A stretch of 64,000 bases of DNA from an uncultured Thermoleophilia bacterium (GTDB lineage: Bacteria > Actinomycetota > Thermoleophilia > UBA2241). Below are positions 10,406-21,608 of the stretch, piece after piece. The translations under genes and the position numbers were made by a program. The DNA is taken from NCBI GenBank assembly GCA_963702475.1, contig CAVPCT010000003.1, positions 192,001 to 256,000 on the forward strand. Reading direction: 5' to 3'. Within the stretch, counting starts at the first letter, position 1. Each line of letters starts with the position of its first letter. Below the pieces are notes generated by a model. That model searched no databases. It was not told the origin of the DNA and saw only the letters and a program-made list of their open reading frames with translations.

Positions 10406-10601
10406 GGAGTGGCTGCGTACTCTCGAATCCGGCCCGGCGCACCTCGGAGTCGGGGAAGGCGTCCTCACCTCCGTGGGTGCATCGCAGTGTCACTGCGCGA
10501 GCTGGCCGCAACCACGGCGCGCCACGAGGCGCGGCGTCGGCCGCAGCGTGTGGTCCAATCTGCACCCTGTCGCCAACGGCGACATGGGTGATGGTCGTAT
10601 A

Positions 10602-10619
10602 TGTACCGAAAGTGGTACA
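10602..10619. promoter_or_regulatory. Palindromic operator preceding the second RelE/XRE module
   Basis: TGTACC-gaaagt-GGTACA. Confidence 0.55.
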
Positions 10620-10623
10620 CTTT

Positions 10624-10745
10624 GTGAGTGAGCGGAGCGAGGGAGATCCCATCCTGGACGGCGCAGTACGGCTGGCCCCTCGGGATGCCGCTCATCGGCG
10701 AGTTCGAGCCAGGCCTGCGGGAGGTGCGCTCCCGCGTCGACCTGC
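10624..10745 (+). pseudogene. Second Gp49/RelE toxin remnant
   Basis: TAQYGWPLGMPLIGEFEPGLREVRS at 10658-10740 is a diverged copy of 9338-9420. Confidence 0.7.
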
Positions 10746-10761
10746 ACGAGAGGTGAGACGG

Positions 10762-11046
10762 ATGACCAGCAAGCACATCGGCGGCGATTTCGACGACTTC
10801 CTGCGCGACGAGGGCATCCTTGATGACGCCGAGGCGGTCGCGGTCAAGCGCACGATCGCCTTTCAGATCGCCCGAGAGATGGAACGTGAGCACATCTCCC
10901 GGTCGGAGCTCGCGCGACGCATGAAGACGAGCCGCTCTGCAGTCGAGCGCCTGCTTGATCCGATGAACCCCTCAGTGACGCTTCAGACGCTTGAGCGCGC
11001 CGCGAGCGCGGTCGGCAAGAGGCTGAAGATCCAGCTGACCACGTAG
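10762..11046 (+). CDS. XRE-family HTH antitoxin (intact)
   Basis: MTSKHIGGDFDDFLRDEG..ELARRMKTSRSAVERLLDP; GAGGTG RBS. Confidence 0.88.
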   Translation: MTSKHIGGDFDDFLRDEGILDDAEAVAVKRTIAFQIAREMEREHISRSELARRMKTSRSAVERLLDPMNPSVTLQTLERAASAVGKRLKIQLTT

Positions 11047-11098
11047 GGTGGAGCAGCGGCGGTCCACGCTTGGTCCGACGGATCTGGATTGGGCAGCG

Positions 11099-12535
11099 TC
11101 ACGGCAACGCCGCCACCGCCCGCTCGATGAGCCGCAGAAGCGGCGACGGGAACACGCCGAAGACGATGAGCGCGACGGTGAGGACGGCGAGGACGACGCC
11201 GGAGGCGGCGCCGACCGCCGTCCGCACGCTCTTCTCGTCGGGCTCGCGCACCCACATCGCCACGATGACCCGCGTGTAGTAGTAGATGCTCACGGCGCTG
11301 GTCAGCACCAGCACGATCACCAGCGCCCACAGCCCCGCCCCGGCGCCGGCCGTCACCAGATAGAACTTGCCGATGAAGCCCATCGTCAGCGGCATGCCGG
11401 CCAGCGACAGCAGGGCGACGGTGAATGCTGCGGCCGTCCAGCGGCGCGTGCGCGCGATGCCGCGGTAGTCGTCGATCCACTCGGCCTCGCGCTCCGGTAT
11501 GGACAGCGCCGTGACCACGCCGAACGCGACGAGCGACGTCGCGAAGTAGGCGAACAGGTAGAAGGTGACCGCCACAGGCGCGCGCTCGCCGGCCGCGAGG
11601 AACGCGACCAGGATGTACCCCAGGTGGGCGATGGACGAGTACGCCAGGATCCGCTTGACGTTGTCCTGGCGCAGCGCCAGCAGGTTGCCGGCCACCATGG
11701 AGGCGATGGCGACCGCGGCGAAGACCCAGAACAGCGTCGAGCCTGTGTCCTCGCTCACCGGGCTGAAATAGCGCAGCAGCAGGGCGACCATGGCGCCCTT
11801 GGACACGGTGGCGATGTACGCCGTCACCGGCGCGGGGGCGCCCTGGTAGACGTCCGGTGTCCACATGTGGAACGGGACGACGGCGAGCTTGAAGCCGACG
11901 CCTCCGAGCATGAGGACCACGCCGAGGACGACGACGGCGTCGGCGCCGGAGAGCCCCGACGCCAGGAGCGGCCGCAGGCCCTCGACCGTCATCTGGCCGG
12001 TCTGGGCGTAGACGAGCGCCATGCCGAACACGAGGAAGGCGGAGGTGGCTCCGGCCAGCACCAGGTACTTCACCGCGGCCTCCACCACCTTCTCGCGGTA
12101 GATGGGGTACACGATGAGCGCGTACAGCGACACGCTGAGGAGCTCGAGCCCCAGGAAGAAGGTGGCGAAGTGCGTGCTGGCCACCAGCGTGGCGCCGCCC
12201 AGCGTCGCCGTGAGCAGCAGCACGTAGTACTCCTCCGGCGGCACGCCGCGGCGCTGCAGGTACCGGTACGAGAGCAGCGCCACGGCTGCGGTCGCGCCGG
12301 CCAGCAGGCCGATGTAGAGCAGCGTGTAGTCGTCCATGAGGAGCATCGGCGTGACCTGGCGCTTGGCCTGGCCGGCGGCCACGAAGAGCGAGCCGACGGT
12401 GGCGGCGAGGCCGAGCAGCGTGAGGACGAGCGCCAGCAGGTGCGAGCGGTAGAACGCCGCGGCGAGCATCACCGCCACGGACGCGACCGTGAGCACCAGC
12501 AGGGGCAGCAGGGTGACGAGGTCGGCGGCGGTCAC
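11099..12535 (-). CDS. nuoN: NADH-quinone oxidoreductase subunit N
   Basis: EAAVKY, FKLAVVPFHMWTPDVYQGAP, KRILAYSSIAH. Confidence 0.97.
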   Translation of the reverse strand: MTAADLVTLLPLLVLTVASVAVMLAAAFYRSHLLALVLTLLGLAATVGSLFVAAGQAKRQVTPMLLMDDYTLLYIGLLAGATAAVALLSYRYLQRRGVPPEEYYVLLLTATLGGATLVASTHFATFFLGLELLSVSLYALIVYPIYREKVVEAAVKYLVLAGATSAFLVFGMALVYAQTGQMTVEGLRPLLASGLSGADAVVVLGVVLMLGGVGFKLAVVPFHMWTPDVYQGAPAPVTAYIATVSKGAMVALLLRYFSPVSEDTGSTLFWVFAAVAIASMVAGNLLALRQDNVKRILAYSSIAHLGYILVAFLAAGERAPVAVTFYLFAYFATSLVAFGVVTALSIPEREAEWIDDYRGIARTRRWTAAAFTVALLSLAGMPLTMGFIGKFYLVTAGAGAGLWALVIVLVLTSAVSIYYYTRVIVAMWVREPDEKSVRTAVGAASGVVLAVLTVALIVFGVFPSPLLRLIERAVAALP

Positions 12536-14166
12536 GGCGAGGCCTCCGACGCGGTGCCGCTCGCACCGTCGGCGGCGTCAGCGGTCGCGCCGCCAGCGCC
12601 GGCTTGCACGGCACCGGCCTGTGCGGCCTCAGCCTCACCCCGGTCGAGCGCACTCCCGGCCGTGAGCTGCTGCACGGCGGTCACCGCCTGCCGCGCCGTT
12701 GTGATCACCGGCTGCGGGTAGAACCCGAGCACCACGAGCGCCGCGATCATTGCGCCGAACATGCCCAACTCCCGCGGCCCCAGGTCCGGCATCTTCCAGC
12801 CGTGCGTCTCCTTGCCCTGGAAGGCGCGCTGCATGATCCATAGCGAGTAGACGGTCGCGAACACCAGGCCCACGGCGCCGAGCACGGTCGCCCACTTCGC
12901 CACCTGCCAGGTGCCGGCCAGGATGAGGAACTCGGCCACGAAGTTGCCCAGGCCGGGGATGCCGAGCGACGCCATGGCGAAGAACATGCCGACGCCGCCC
13001 ATCTTCGGCGCCACCCACCAGAGGCCGCCCATCTTGTCCATGTCGCGGGTGTGGATGCGGTCCTGCAGGGCGCCCACCAGGATGAAGAGGGCGCCCGTGG
13101 AGAGGGCGTGGCAGACGAGTTGCAGCACCACGCCCTGCAGCGCCAGCTCGTTCCAGGCGAAGATGCCGAGCAGGGCGAAGCCCATGTGGCTCACGCTGGT
13201 GTAGGCGACGAGCCGCTTCAGGTCGGTCTGCGCGTAGGCCATGATGGCGCCGTAGATGATGCCGATCACCGCGAGCACCATGCCGATGGTGCGGAACTCG
13301 GCGACCGCGTCGGGGAACAGCGGCACCATGAAGCGGATCATCCCGTAGGCGCCGATCTTGATGAGCACGCCGGCCAGGATGACGGAGCCGGCGGTCGGCG
13401 CCTCGGTGTGCGCGTCGGGCAGCCAGGTGTGCAGCGGGAAGGCCGGGAGCTTGACCGCGAAGGCCGCGAAGAAACCGAGCATCAGCAGCATTGCGGTTGA
13501 CGAAGCGAGGCGTGTCCCGAGCAACTGCGTGAAGTCGAAGGTGTACACGCCGGTCTGGCGCCCGTGGATGAAGTACAGGGCGAGGATGGCGAGCAGCATC
13601 AGCAGCCCGCTCGCCTGGGTGAAGATGAAGAACTTGACGGCCGCGTAGACGCGCCGCTCGTGGCCCCAGAGCGCGATCACGAAGTACATCGGGATGAGCA
13701 TCATCTCGAAGAAGAAGTAGAAGAGGAACAGGTCGAGGGAGAGGAACACGCCGGCCAGGGCGGCGACCGTCCAGAGCAGCACGAAGTGGAAGAGCCCGAC
13801 GCGCTTCGTGATGCCGCGCCAGGAGCAGAGCACGGCCAGGAGGCCGAGGGCGAACGTGAGCAGCAGCATGATGAGCGTGAGGCCGTCCTCGGCGACGAAG
13901 AAGCTGATGCCGAGCGACGGGATCCACTCGTAGCGCAGGTGTTCGAGCCAGGCGCCCTGGACGAGGCCCGCGGCGCCGGCGCCGCGGGCCGTGAAGGCGG
14001 CGCGCAGCGTGCCCGCCTCCGCCGCCCAGTGCCAGGCGACGAGCACGAGCGGCGCGGCCGTGCCGAGCACGGCGATCCAGCGCGCCGCCGCCGACGAGCG
14101 GCGGGCTACGAGCCAGGCGAGCGGCGCCGCCACGGCCGGGATGAGGATGTACGCGAGCATGATCAT
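12532..14166 (-). CDS. nuoM: NADH-quinone oxidoreductase subunit M
   Basis: FPLHTWLPDAHTEAPTAGS, DLKRLVAYTSVSHMG. Confidence 0.97.
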   Translation of the reverse strand: MIMLAYILIPAVAAPLAWLVARRSSAAARWIAVLGTAAPLVLVAWHWAAEAGTLRAAFTARGAGAAGLVQGAWLEHLRYEWIPSLGISFFVAEDGLTLIMLLLTFALGLLAVLCSWRGITKRVGLFHFVLLWTVAALAGVFLSLDLFLFYFFFEMMLIPMYFVIALWGHERRVYAAVKFFIFTQASGLLMLLAILALYFIHGRQTGVYTFDFTQLLGTRLASSTAMLLMLGFFAAFAVKLPAFPLHTWLPDAHTEAPTAGSVILAGVLIKIGAYGMIRFMVPLFPDAVAEFRTIGMVLAVIGIIYGAIMAYAQTDLKRLVAYTSVSHMGFALLGIFAWNELALQGVVLQLVCHALSTGALFILVGALQDRIHTRDMDKMGGLWWVAPKMGGVGMFFAMASLGIPGLGNFVAEFLILAGTWQVAKWATVLGAVGLVFATVYSLWIMQRAFQGKETHGWKMPDLGPRELGMFGAMIAALVVLGFYPQPVITTARQAVTAVQQLTAGSALDRGEAEAAQAGAVQAGAGGATADAADGASGTASEASP

Positions 14167-14173
14167 CCCGGCC

Positions 14174-16066
14174 TCACCTGAGCACCACGAACGCGAGCAG
14201 GACGACGAGTCCCACGCCGGCCACGCCGAGGTACAGGCGCAGCAGGCCGGTCTGCGTGGCGCTGAGCGCGCGCCAGGCGGCCACGTTGAGCCAGGCGATG
14301 CCTTCGACGGCCGGCTCCACGAGGTCGTGGCGCGCCCAGTGCGCGAACCACTTCACCGGGATCACGAAGACGTACTCGTAGGCCACGTCGAAGCCCCAGT
14401 CGGCGCGCCACCAGGCCGAGACGCCGGCCACGAACGGGCGCGCGGCGAACGCGTCGGTCCGCGCGCGCCAGCGCAGCCACAGGAGGTACGAGGCGTAGAT
14501 GCCCAGCGCCACCACGCCGATGGTGACGAGCGCCGCGGCCCAGGTCTCGGCCCACGCCCCCTCCGCCCACGGCATGTGCGGCAGGACGGTGTCGAGGAAG
14601 TCCTCCAGCGGGTGGAACCCGAGCAGCCACTCCGGCATCCACACGAGGCCGCCGAGCACGGCCAGCGTGGCCAACACGTAGAGCGGCACCATCTGCCGCC
14701 GGCGCGGCCGCCGCGTGACTTCCGTGTGCTGCTCGCCGAAGAAGACGATCCAGACGAGGCGGAACGAGTAGAGGGCCGTGACGAACGCCCCGATGATGGC
14801 CCCCGCGTAGAACCAGGCGCTGCCGTCCACGCTCCCGAGGCTGGCGGCGATGATGAGGTCCTTGCTGTAGAAGCCGTCGGTGACGAACGGCAGGGCGGCC
14901 AGGGCCGCGGCGCCGACGACGAACGTCCAGAACACGCCCGGCATCTGCTTGCGCAGGCCGCCCATCTTGAAGATGTCGTGCTCGTCCGCCAGCGCCTCGA
15001 TGATCACCCCGGCGCACAGGAACAGCAGGGCCTTGAAGAAGGCGTGCGTCATGAAGTGGAACACGCCGGCCTCCCAGCCCGACACGCCGAGAGCCAGGAA
15101 CATGTAGCCGATCTGGCTCACGGTGGAGTAGGCGAGGGCGCGCTTGAGGTCCTTCTGCACGAGCGCGCTGAAGCCGGCCAGCAGCAGCGTGACGGTACCG
15201 ACGATGGCGACCGTCAGCCGGGCGTCGGGTGCGAGGATGAAGATGACGTTCGTGCGCGCGATGAGGTACACGCCGGCCGTGACCATGGTGGCGGCGTGGA
15301 TGAGCGCGCTGACCGGCGACGGGCCGGCCATGGCGTCGGGGAGCCACGTCTGCAGGGGCACCTGGGCGGACTTGCCCACGGCTCCGCCCAGGATCAGCAT
15401 CCCGGCCCAGACGGCGACGGCGGAGCCGGGCGCCCACTGCGCCGCGGCGGCGTCCATGAGCGGCTGGATCTGCAGCGTGCCGAGCTGGGTGACCAACAGG
15501 AAGAGGCCGGCGATGAGCGCCGTGTCACCCACTCGGGTGACGATGAACGCCTTGCGGCCGCAGTACACGTTCTGCGGGTCCTCCTGCCAGAACGCGATGA
15601 GCAGGTAGCTGCAGAGACCGACGCCCTCCCAGCCCAGGTACAGGAGCAGGAGGTTGTCGGCCAGCACCAGGACGAGCATCGCGGCCACGAACAGGTTCAT
15701 GTACATGAAGAACCGCGTGTAGCCCTTGTCGTGCTCCATGTGCTCGGTGGCGTACAGGTGGATGAGGAAGCCGACGCCGGTGATGACCAGCACCCAGACG
15801 ACGCTGACAGCGTCCAGGTACAGGCCGATGGTGGGGGCGAAGCCGGCGACGCTGAACCAGGTCCACAGGACCTGGTGGTAGGCGTCGCCGGCCGGCGGCG
15901 AGGCGATGAAGCTGCCGCAGACGACGAAGGCGACCAGCGCCGAGAGTCCTACGGACCCGGCGCCGATCCACGCCGTGGCCGTGCGGCTCAGGCGGCCGTT
16001 GAGCAGCGTGAGCACGACGAAGCTCGCGGCGGGCAGGGCGGGCACGAGCCAGAGAAGCTGCAGCAT
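14174..16066 (-). CDS. nuoL: NADH-quinone oxidoreductase subunit L
   Basis: GKSAQVPLQTWLPDAMAGP, HAATMVTAG, HAFFKALLF. Confidence 0.97.
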   Translation of the reverse strand: MLQLLWLVPALPAASFVVLTLLNGRLSRTATAWIGAGSVGLSALVAFVVCGSFIASPPAGDAYHQVLWTWFSVAGFAPTIGLYLDAVSVVWVLVITGVGFLIHLYATEHMEHDKGYTRFFMYMNLFVAAMLVLVLADNLLLLYLGWEGVGLCSYLLIAFWQEDPQNVYCGRKAFIVTRVGDTALIAGLFLLVTQLGTLQIQPLMDAAAAQWAPGSAVAVWAGMLILGGAVGKSAQVPLQTWLPDAMAGPSPVSALIHAATMVTAGVYLIARTNVIFILAPDARLTVAIVGTVTLLLAGFSALVQKDLKRALAYSTVSQIGYMFLALGVSGWEAGVFHFMTHAFFKALLFLCAGVIIEALADEHDIFKMGGLRKQMPGVFWTFVVGAAALAALPFVTDGFYSKDLIIAASLGSVDGSAWFYAGAIIGAFVTALYSFRLVWIVFFGEQHTEVTRRPRRRQMVPLYVLATLAVLGGLVWMPEWLLGFHPLEDFLDTVLPHMPWAEGAWAETWAAALVTIGVVALGIYASYLLWLRWRARTDAFAARPFVAGVSAWWRADWGFDVAYEYVFVIPVKWFAHWARHDLVEPAVEGIAWLNVAAWRALSATQTGLLRLYLGVAGVGLVVLLAFVVLR

Positions 16067-16069
16067 CCC

Positions 16070-16381
16070 TCAGCCCTTCATCTCGTCGGCCTCGTCCACG
16101 TCCAGGCGCCCGAGCTGCTGCCGGTAGCGGATGGCGATGCCCAGGCCGACGGCCACCTCGGCCGCCGCCATGGCCAGGACGAAGATGAACATCACCTGGC
16201 CGTCGGCCTGGCCCCAGCGGGCGCCGGCCGCCACGAAGGCCAGGCCGGCGGCGTTCAGCATGATCTCGATGCAGGCGAGCACCACGATGAGGTTGCGCCG
16301 CACCAGCAGGCCGGCGAAGCCGATCACGAACAGCACGCCGGCCAGGATCAGGACCGTGTTGAGCGAGACGTTCGCCATCAC
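16070..16381 (-). CDS. nuoK: NADH-quinone oxidoreductase subunit K
   Basis: RRNLI..IEIMLNAA..AAAEVAVG. Confidence 0.96.
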   Translation of the reverse strand: MMANVSLNTVLILAGVLFVIGFAGLLVRRNLIVVLACIEIMLNAAGLAFVAAGARWGQADGQVMFIFVLAMAAAEVAVGLGIAIRYRQQLGRLDVDEADEMKG

Positions 16382-16977
16382 ACGGTCCTTCCGGTGTCGG
16401 TCGCTTCGGGCGTTTCGTCCGGAACCGACTCTTCGTCCGGACCGTCGTCCGTCCCGCGAGCCGCGGCCGGGACGTACTCCGGCGCCAGGTCGGCCGGCGC
16501 CGCGTCGGGCTGCGAGGCCACGTGCCGGGCCCCGACCAGGGCGGCGAGCAGCAGCATGCTGGCCAGCTCGACGCCCAGCACGTAGGGCCCGAACAGCGAG
16601 TCGCTGACGGCGGCTGGGCCCACTTCGACGCCGGCCAGGGCGTGGTCCGACAGCCGCACGCCGTACACCACCTCGGCGAGCAGCACGGCCACCAGCACCA
16701 CGGGGCCGATCCAGGCGCGCCGCGGCACCTTCATCTGCTCGTCGGCGCGCACGTTCAGCAGCATCACCGCGAAGATGAACAGCATCATGATCGCGCCGGC
16801 GTACACGATGACCTCGAGCGCGGCCACGAACGGCGCCCCGAGCGTGAAGAAGATCACGGCCACGGCGAACAACGAGACCACCAGGTACAGGAGCGCGTGC
16901 ACCAGGTTGCGTTGTGTCACGACCAGCAGGGTGGCGACAACGGCCACGGCGGCGGCGATGTAGAACAGGACGGTCAC
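16378..16977 (-). CDS. nuoJ: NADH-quinone oxidoreductase subunit J
   Basis: GTG start overlapping the nuoI stop; [28 protein letters not shown]. Confidence 0.95.
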   Translation of the reverse strand: MTVLFYIAAAVAVVATLLVVTQRNLVHALLYLVVSLFAVAVIFFTLGAPFVAALEVIVYAGAIMMLFIFAVMLLNVRADEQMKVPRRAWIGPVVLVAVLLAEVVYGVRLSDHALAGVEVGPAAVSDSLFGPYVLGVELASMLLLAALVGARHVASQPDAAPADLAPEYVPAAARGTDDGPDEESVPDETPEATDTGRTV

Positions 16978-17696
16978 GGCAGCAGGTCCCTCACGTCGCC
17001 GGGCGGCGCCTCCCGCTCGGCTTCGCCCTTGTCCTTGCCGCCGATGGCGAGCCCGGCCACCTTGTAGAAGTCGTGGGTGTGGCGCTTGCCCGTCCCCGCG
17101 ATCAGCAGGTCCCCCTTCTCGTACACCATGTTGCGGCGGTCGTACTCGCACATCTCCACGTCGGGCGTGAGCTGGATGGCGAACGTGGGGCACGCCTCCT
17201 CGCAGTAGCCGCAGAAGATGCAGCGCGAGAAGTTGATGCGGAACCACTCGGGGTAGCGGCGGCCGGTCTCGTCTTGTGTGGCCTGCAGGGCGATGCAGTC
17301 CACGGGGCAGGCCGCCGAGCACAGGTAGCACGCCACGCAGCGCTCGCCGCCGTCGGGGTCGCGGGTGAGCACGATGCGCCCGCGGTAGCGCGGCGGCAGG
17401 TACACCATCTCCTCGGGGTACTCGATGGTGTCGCGTCTGTGGAAGGCGTGGCCGATGATCGTGCCTATGCCGACCAGCGTGGAGAGTATCGTGCGGCCGG
17501 CGCGCGGCACCAGGCTCTGGCCGCGCCGCGCGAGCTTGCCGGTCACGACGACAGCGGTCGTCAGCGGCGGGTGCGTGACCTCCGGGCCGGCGGCCGCCGC
17601 GGGCCGGCCCTCCGGCAGCCCCGTGACGTCCGGCGACGGCGTCGTCGTCGCGGTGACCTTGAGGTGCATGCGGGTCTGCTCGGCGCTCATCGTCAC
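16974..17696 (-). CDS. nuoI: NADH-quinone oxidoreductase subunit I (start uncertain)
   Basis: [38 protein letters not shown]. Confidence 0.95.
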   Translation of the reverse strand: MTMSAEQTRMHLKVTATTTPSPDVTGLPEGRPAAAAGPEVTHPPLTTAVVVTGKLARRGQSLVPRAGRTILSTLVGIGTIIGHAFHRRDTIEYPEEMVYLPPRYRGRIVLTRDPDGGERCVACYLCSAACPVDCIALQATQDETGRRYPEWFRINFSRCIFCGYCEEACPTFAIQLTPDVEMCEYDRRNMVYEKGDLLIAGTGKRHTHDFYKVAGLAIGGKDKGEAEREAPPGDVRDLLP

Positions 17697-17700
17697 CGCC

Positions 17701-18654
17701 TCACTGGAAGCGCGCCACCACGACGGCGCCGGTCACGAGCAGGTTGACGAGGCTCAGCGGCAGCATCGCCTTCCAGCCCAGAGCCATGAGCTGGTCGTAG
17801 CGCGGCCGCGGGAAGGTGGCGCGCGCGATGATGAAGCAGCTGATGAAGATGAACGTCTTGATGAGGAACCACAGCCAGCCGGGCAGCCACGGTCCCAGCC
17901 AGCCGCCGAAGAACAGCGCGGTGATGAGCGCCGATATCAGGGTGATGGCCACGTACTCGCCGACCATGAACAGGCCGAACTTCATGCCCGAGTACTCGGT
18001 GTGGTAGCCGGCCACCAGCTCGCTCTCCGCCTCCACGAGGTCGAAGGGGATGCGCCGCGTCTCGGCCAGGGCGGCGACCACGAACACCACGAACCCGACG
18101 AACTGCGGGATCACGTACCAGACGCCCTGCTGTCCCTCCACGATGTCCTGCAGGTTGAAGCTCCCGGCCATGATGACGACGCCCACAAGCGAGAGCCCCA
18201 TGAAGACCTCGTAGCTCACCATCTGAGCGGCGGCGCGCAGGCCGCCGATGAGCGAGTACTTGCTGTGCGACGACCAGCCGGCAAGCACCACGCTGTACAC
18301 CGCCAGCGACGACATCGCGAGGATGAACAGCAGGCCGATGTTGATGTCGGCCACCACGACGCCCTGGTAGACCGGGACGACCATGAAGGACATCAGCGCC
18401 GTGATGAGCACGATGGACGGCGCCACGATGAACACGGCGCGGTCGGCGAACGGCGGCACCCAGTCCTCCTTGAAGAGGATCTTGAAGGTGTCGGCGAGCA
18501 CCTGCAGCAGGCCGGCGGGGCCGACGCGGTTGGGACCGAGGCGGTCCTGCACGAGGCCCAGCAGGCGCCGTTCGTACCAGATGAGGCCGGCGGCGACGGT
18601 CATCACCACGATGAGCACCCCGAGCACGGTGAGGAGCGACCAGTACCAGGCCAT
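17701..18654 (-). CDS. nuoH: NADH-quinone oxidoreductase subunit H
   Basis: [38 protein letters not shown]; own GGGGAG RBS. Confidence 0.95.
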   Translation of the reverse strand: MAWYWSLLTVLGVLIVVMTVAAGLIWYERRLLGLVQDRLGPNRVGPAGLLQVLADTFKILFKEDWVPPFADRAVFIVAPSIVLITALMSFMVVPVYQGVVVADINIGLLFILAMSSLAVYSVVLAGWSSHSKYSLIGGLRAAAQMVSYEVFMGLSLVGVVIMAGSFNLQDIVEGQQGVWYVIPQFVGFVVFVVAALAETRRIPFDLVEAESELVAGYHTEYSGMKFGLFMVGEYVAITLISALITALFFGGWLGPWLPGWLWFLIKTFIFISCFIIARATFPRPRYDQLMALGWKAMLPLSLVNLLVTGAVVVARFQ

Positions 18655-21562
18655 CACACGGCTCCCCACGTCTGCTGCGGCGGGGCCGGCGGGCGCGGCA
18701 CGATACGGCCGCGCGCCGGCAAGCGCGATGTAGGGCACGCGCGGCAGGCCGACGGGCACGCCGGCGACGCCGTCCGGCAGCGACGGCAGCATGCGGAACG
18801 TGGTGGCGAAGTCCATCCAGGGCAGCCAGAGCGTGACGGGGTCGCCGTCGGCGAGGCCGAGCGCGGCTGCCGCTGCCGCGTTGGCGGCGACGTACGGTTG
18901 CGGGGCGCGAGCGGCGATCCCGGGCTCGCGCATGCTCAGGTCGTCGCTGCCGAAGATGTGGTGCACCGGCACGAGGAGGAGCTCGCCGCCGGGGTGCGGC
19001 GCGAACGGCGGCGGGGCCGGCACGTCCTGCGGCCGGCCGGCGGAGCCGCCGCTGCCGCCGTGGTGCGCCCCGTCCAGCAGGCGCACGCCGCTCGGTCCGC
19101 CGCGCAGCGGGCCCAGGACCTCCTCCTGCAGCTTGTGCAGGCCGTTGTTGGAGTTCCAGCCCGGCGACCACACGCGCGTGAGCAGGGGCGCCGGGGACTC
19201 GCACGGCCGCAGGCCTTCGAGCGAGTAGGCGAGCGGCGCGTCGGCGTCCTGCGACGGCGCCGGCTCCCACATGGTGCGGTCGGCGTCGAGCGCCGTCCGT
19301 CCGCTGTTGCGCTGCGTCTGACGGGCCACCCGGCGTCCGTCCTGCCGCCAGCCGGGCGGCGGCGACGCCGCGGCGACGCCGCGGAACTGCGGCAGGTCGT
19401 GCTCGAGCGCGGCCAGCACGTCGACGTCGTCGACCCAGCCGCGCACCTCCTTGACGTCGCCGCGCAGCATGAGGTCGCGGAGCCAGCGCCACGCCTCCTG
19501 TGTGTCGTCCCGTGGCGGCAGCACCGCGAACGAGCGCTGCGCCCTGCCCTCGTTGTTGACGTAGGTGCCGGTCGAGTCGGCGAAGGTGGGCACGGGGAGC
19601 ACGACGTCGGCGTGGCCTGTGACGGTGTCCTCGAGCGCGGCCAGCACGAGCAGGTCGGGCGCGCGCCGCACCAGGTCGTCGACCAGGAGCGGCGCGGCGC
19701 GCCGGTACAGGTCGTTGCCGAGCATCGCGACCACGTCCACCTCGCCGCGGGCGACGGCGGCGATGGCGTGCGACAGGGGGCGTGCCTCCATCATGCGGAG
19801 CCCGACGCTGTCGACCTCGGGCGCCGTGAGGATGAGGCGGGCGGACTCGCGCGGGGCGGCGAGGACCTCGGCGCGCGGGCTCTCGCCGGGCGCGCCGGCG
19901 CCGCCGTCCGGCCCGACGCCGCCGGCCGGCACCGCTGTCTCGCGCGGCAGCGCGGCCGCCAGCCGCGCGGCCGCGCGCACGAGCGTCGCGGAGCCGCCGG
20001 TCGTGCCGCTGATCACGACAGCCTTGCGGCTGTCCCTCAGCGGTCCGGCCCAGCGCGCCACGCGCGCGCCCTCGTCCGCGGACAGGTCCGGCACCTCGGG
20101 CGCGGCCGGATCCAGCTCGTGCGCGAGCGCCAGCGCCAGACGGGCGATGTCGCCGGGCGTCGCGCGCCAGGCCTCGGCGGCGATCTCGTCGAGCTTGGTG
20201 GCGTACGGCGTCGCCAGCCACAGCTTGCTCGGCTCATGCCGTTTCGCGCGTCCGACGGCGGCGTCGTTCCAGCTGCGGATGTGCGTGCGCTGCTCCTGCG
20301 CCGTCGGCCGCAGCCGGTTCCAGGTGCGCACCATGAGGTCGGCGAGCGGCGCCGTGTTCGTCAGGTCCTCGCCGAGCACCAGCACCACGTCGGCGCCCTG
20401 CACGTCGCCGAGGGCGCCGAGCCGCAGGCCGCTGCGCGCGACCTCGAGCACGACGCCGACCAGCTCGTGGTCGGCGTCGGACATGCCGTCGTAGAAGCAC
20501 GCCGGCCCGACCAGCGTACGCAGTGCGTGGTTGGCCTCCAGCGGCGCCCGCGGCGAGCCGATGCCGATCACGCGGCGGCCCCGTACCAGCGCCGCCGCCG
20601 CGTCCAGGGCGCGGTCGCGCCGCTTCTCCACGGGCTCCTGCCCGCCCTCGGCGGTCGAGCACCGGCGGCCGCCACGCCACGCGCGCGGCGCGGACCCGCT
20701 CGGGCGCGTTGACGTACGCGTAGCCGAAGCGCCCGCGGTCGCAGAGCCACATCTTGTTCACGTCGAGGTTGTAGCGGCTCGTGATGCGCCGCAGCTCGCC
20801 GTACCGCGCCCCGGGGTGCACGTTGCAGCCCAGGCCGCAGTGCTGGCACACCGCCGGCGCCGTCTGCAGGTCCCACTTGCGCGAGTAGTGCTGCGCCAGC
20901 GTCTTGTCGGTGAACACCCCGGTGGGGCAGACCTCCACCAGGTTGCCGCTGAACTCGCTCTCCAGCGTGCCCGACGAGGCCCGCCCGAAGTACACCTGGT
21001 TGCGCGAGCCGAAGGGGCCGAAGTCGTGACCGCCGGCGTAGTCGTTGTAGAAGCGCGTGCAGCGGTAGCAGGTGATGCAGCGGTTCATCTCGTGCGCCAC
21101 GAACGGGCCCAGGTCCTGGTTGCGGAAGGTGCGCTTGAGCCCGTCGTACCGCCGGTAGGCGTGCCCGGTCATCACCGTCATGTCCTGCAGGTGGCACTCG
21201 CCGCCCTCGTCGCACACCGGGCAGTCGTGCGGGTGGCTGAGCATCATCAGCTCGATCATGCGGCGGCGGAACACCGTCGCCTCCTCGTCGAGGATCGAGA
21301 TCTTGATGCCCTCCTGCGCCTCGGTCATGCAGGCCATGGCCAGGTCGCTCTTCTCGCTGCCGTCGCGCGCCGTCCACCACAGGCGCACGGCGCACTGGCG
21401 GCAGGCGCCGATGGAGCCCATCACGGGGTGCCAGCAGAAGAAGGGCAGGTCGTAGCCGAGCGAGAGCGCGATGTCGAGCATGTTGCGCCCCGCCTCCACG
21501 CGGTGCTCGGTGCCGTCGATGACGACGGTGACGAGCTCGCCGGTGCCGCCGGTGCCGCTCAC
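18655..21562 (-). CDS. nuoG: NADH-quinone oxidoreductase subunit G (frameshift near 20660; 3' end reads in frame into nuoH)
   Basis: [36 protein letters not shown]7 motif [13 protein letters not shown]; continues in the 976-aa ORF (WSPGWNS). Confidence 0.93.
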
Positions 21563-21608
21563 GCCGCCCCCCGGTCGCCGCGGGCCCCGCGCCGTCTCGT
21601 CGCGCCCG

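Noticed and set aside
17480-17696. Novel N-terminal domain on NuoI
   Set aside because: It is a low-complexity Thr/Pro/Ala stretch and the true start may lie downstream.
17701-20631. Apparent NuoG-NuoH fusion (976-aa ORF)
   Set aside because: nuoH has its own RBS and a GTGTGATG stop/start overlap in another frame, and nuoG already has one indel. A second indel is more likely than a true fusion, though reads are needed to be sure.
13991-20712. Very long plus-strand ORFs (864 aa, 1095 aa) and similar ORFs elsewhere
   Set aside because: They are antisense or off-frame shadows of real genes in high-GC DNA, Arg/Ala/Gly-rich and without motifs.
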